Below are positions 61,128 to 64,000 of a DNA stretch of 64,000 nucleotides, piece by piece (the stretch's first letter is position 1; every line of letters begins with the position of its first letter). The stretch is taken from positions 72,927,923 through 72,991,922 of the forward strand of contig NC_085844.1 of assembly GCF_035594765.1 (NCBI RefSeq). The letters run 5' to 3'. The DNA comes from Anolis carolinensis. Taxonomy: Eukaryota. The notes below the pieces were generated by a model. It did no database searches, was not told the DNA's origin, and saw only the letters and a program-made list of their open reading frames with translations. Position numbers and translations under genes: made by a program.

Positions 61128-63185
61128 CAAGATCATATCAGTCACCCCAATCCCTGAGGAATACGAGCGCTTTATCAAAATAGTAAAAACCTGCACACGG
61201 GCTTCTATACCGAGAGGCTGCAGAACACACTACCCTCAGGGCATTACCCCTGATACAGCTGCCTTGTTGGAAGCCTATTACAGGCTCCACAATGAAGACC
61301 CATTTAGTGAGCAAACTCTTCAGGCAGTGCAGAGCAGTCTGTCCTCCATCTCTGAAGCCAAGAAAGAACAGTGGATAAAGCTGATAACAGAAGTCGACAT
61401 GGGCAGGAGCAGTCAGAAGGCATGGAGGCTGGTAAGATAGTTGAGCAATGATCCCTCACAAACTAATACCCATGCCAATATAAAGGCAGATCAGATAGCG
61501 CATCAATTTCTGAAGAATGGGAAACCCAACCTTTCCTCCAAAGTAGAAAGGAAACCAATAGTCAGACAACCAGATAATGAGAACAACACCTTTCATGAAC
61601 CTTTTACATCTACTGAATTGGACATGGTCTTCAATAAATGTAAAAATGGCAAAGGAGCTGGCCTGGACGATCTACAGATGGAACAAATTAAGAACTGTGG
61701 CCCAAAAGCAACGTGTTGGCTCCTGAAGCTGAGGAACAACTGCATTGCATCCTGTCAGATTCCCAAAATCTGGGGGAAAGCAAGAGTCATAGCCATCTTG
61801 AAACCAGGCCAAGACTGCTAGAACCAAAAAGCTAGACCATTCCCCTTGTTGTGCCATCTTTACAAAGTTCTGGAGAGACTTATTTTGCATAGCATTATGG
61901 AAAAAAAATAGACCCATGTATGATTCTACAGCAAGCTGGCTTCAGGAAAGGCAAAGGCTGCACATCACAAGTGTTTAAACTGACACAGCACATAGAAGAT
62001 GGGTTTGAAAGGCAGCAGATTACAGGAGCTGTCTTCGTAAATGTGTCAGCAGCTTATGACACTAAATCATTGCCTTCTTCTAAGAAAATTTTATAATATC
62101 ACAGAGGACTACCACCTCACCCGCTTCATAGGAAATCTGCTACAAAGCAGGAGCTTTTTGTTGAATTCCAGGGCCAGAGAAGCAGATGGCGAAAACAGAA
62201 GAATGCTCTGCCTCGGGATCGTGCTCGCTCCATCAATGTTTAACATCTACACAAATAACCAGCCATTGCCAGAAGGCACAGAGTTTCATCTATGCTGACG
62301 ATCGTGCTATCACCGCTCAAGCAGGGAGCTTTGAAATGGTTGAACAGAACCTCTCTGAAGCTTTAGGAGCTCTTACTGCATATTACAGGGAAAACCAGCT
62401 GATCCCTAATGTGCTTTCCACCTTAAGAACAGACAAGCATCTTGAGCTCTGAGGATTACCTGTGAAGGAATACCACTGGAGCATTGCAGCACATCAAAAT
62501 ACTAGGGAGTTACCCTGGACTGTGCACTCACTTACAAGAAGCACTGCTCGACTATCAAGCAGAAAGTGGGTGCTAGAAATAACATCATACGAAAGCTAAC
62601 TGGCACAACCTGGGAATCACAACCAGACACAGTGAAGACATCTGCCCTTGTGCTTTGCTACTCAGCTTCTGAATATGCATGCCCAGTGTGGAATATATCT
62701 CACCACGTTAAAATAGTGGATGTGGCTGTTATTGAGACATGCCACATTATCACAGGATGTCTACACCTCACACCACTGGAGAAATTATACTGTTTAGCCG
62801 GCATTGCACCACCTGACATCTGCCGGGAAATAGCAGCCAGCAATGAAAGGACCAAGGCATTGACATCTCCAGCCCATCAAAAGTGGCAGGCTAAAACCCA
62901 GAACCTCAATCAGTGGCTGATGTAGGATGAGAGACTCTCTCCTGGGCACACAGAAGACTGGGTGACTTGGAAGACGCTAAACAGATGGCACCACGAGATG
63001 CAGAGCCAACCTTAAGAAATGGGACCACAAAGTGGAGTCCACAACATGCAAGTGTGGAGAAGAGCAAACCACAGGCCACATATTACAATGCAGTCTGAGC
63101 CCTGCCACATGCGCTATGGAGGACCTTCTTACAGCAACACCAAGTGGCCAGCTACTGGTCAAAGGACAATTAATATAATGCCAAG

Positions 63186-63216
<31 letters not shown>

Positions 63217-63288
63217 GTGTTTTTTTAACTTTGTGTTTTCAAATACATTACAACTTGTACCCTCGGTTCGCTTCTGACATGATAAATA
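61128..63288 (+). mobile_element. Vingi/ingi-clade LINE, 5'-truncated, degenerate
   Basis: IPKIWGKARVIAILKPG, QQAGFRKG, PSMFNIYTN, YADD, TSALVLCYSASEYACPVW; 11-bp TSD ATTTTTATCAT (61117-61127 / 63289-63299). Confidence 0.85.
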
Positions 63289-63299
63289 ATTTTTATCAT

Positions 63300-64000
63300 A
63301 TTTAACATTTTAAGTTCTTCCCCCCCCCACCAACACGAGGATTGTTTTCATTTATATATTTATTTCTTTTTGAGACAATCTTTATATTTTTATCTTTATA
63401 CATTTCCATTCCATATACTATATAACATTTGTATCTTATTTCTTATGGCTTGATCTCCGGATTGATTCATGATATAGTTCTTTACCCTTGTCCATATTTC
63501 TTCCATTTCTCTCGTTCTATTTTCATTAGTTTTTACAACATTCTATTTGCTCCACCATATATTGGTACCATTTATTTACTGTCCATTTTGATTTATCTTT
63601 CCACCCTAATACTATTACTGCTTGTGCACTACTTCTTTTATTTCTCGTTTCCTCTCTTTTCCCTAATACCGCTATTTCCTTTGTTATGACCCACTCATTT
63701 CCTAGTATTTGATGTGACTCATTTTGGATAGTCTGCCAAAAATATTGTACATATTCACATTCCCACATCATGTACATAAACTGCCCTTTCTGATGACATC
63801 CATGCCAGCACTGACTACTCCCCTTTTTATAGTAGTATGCTAACTGACAGGGTGTACGATACCATTTGTGCAATATTTTCCTCCTCATTTCTCATACTTT
63901 GGTATTCCTTTTCATCCCTATTGCCTCTACCACAGTCTCATCTCTTGTTCCGTGATTTGTAACTCCATTTCCCACATATTTTTCAAATCCCGTATTGTAC
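63300..64000 (-). mobile_element. L1 ORF2 C-terminal / 3'UTR fragment, running off the window edge
   Basis: KILHKWYRTP..CWHGC..MYMMWEC..VQYFW is an L1-type cysteine-rich C-terminus. Confidence 0.75.

Overview
Eukaryotic (vertebrate) genomic DNA. The repeat content (Sauria-type SINEs, BovB, L2, CR1, R4/Dong, Vingi, hAT/Tc1/Harbinger MITEs) points to a squamate reptile, most likely an Anolis lizard. The window lies inside the P4-ATPase flippase gene ATP9B on the + strand. Eight consecutive internal coding exons (737 nt, probably exons 3-10 by human numbering) have canonical AG/GT boundaries and consistent phases. They encode TM1-2 and the A-domain DGET motif. No start or stop codon of the gene is in the window. 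The introns contain a near-intact young L2, two R4/Dong RLE fragments, a degenerate near-full-length RTE resembling nematode RTE-1, BovB, CR1, Vingi and L1 fragments, a Copia-type LTR with PBS remnant, a non-autonomous Helitron, many MITEs and SINEs, and TE-free blocks that look like conserved enhancers. I found no prokaryote-type system. The most interesting signals are: the nematode-like RTE; the Copia LTR; a tandem array of ~110-bp palindromes; a MITE carrying divergent CTCF-like motifs; repeated use of L2 microsatellite tails as insertion sites; a datable template-switch inverted duplication; inverted repeats around exons (circRNA potential); and a recursive-splice-like exon. TE family names come from recognised motifs, not database searches.
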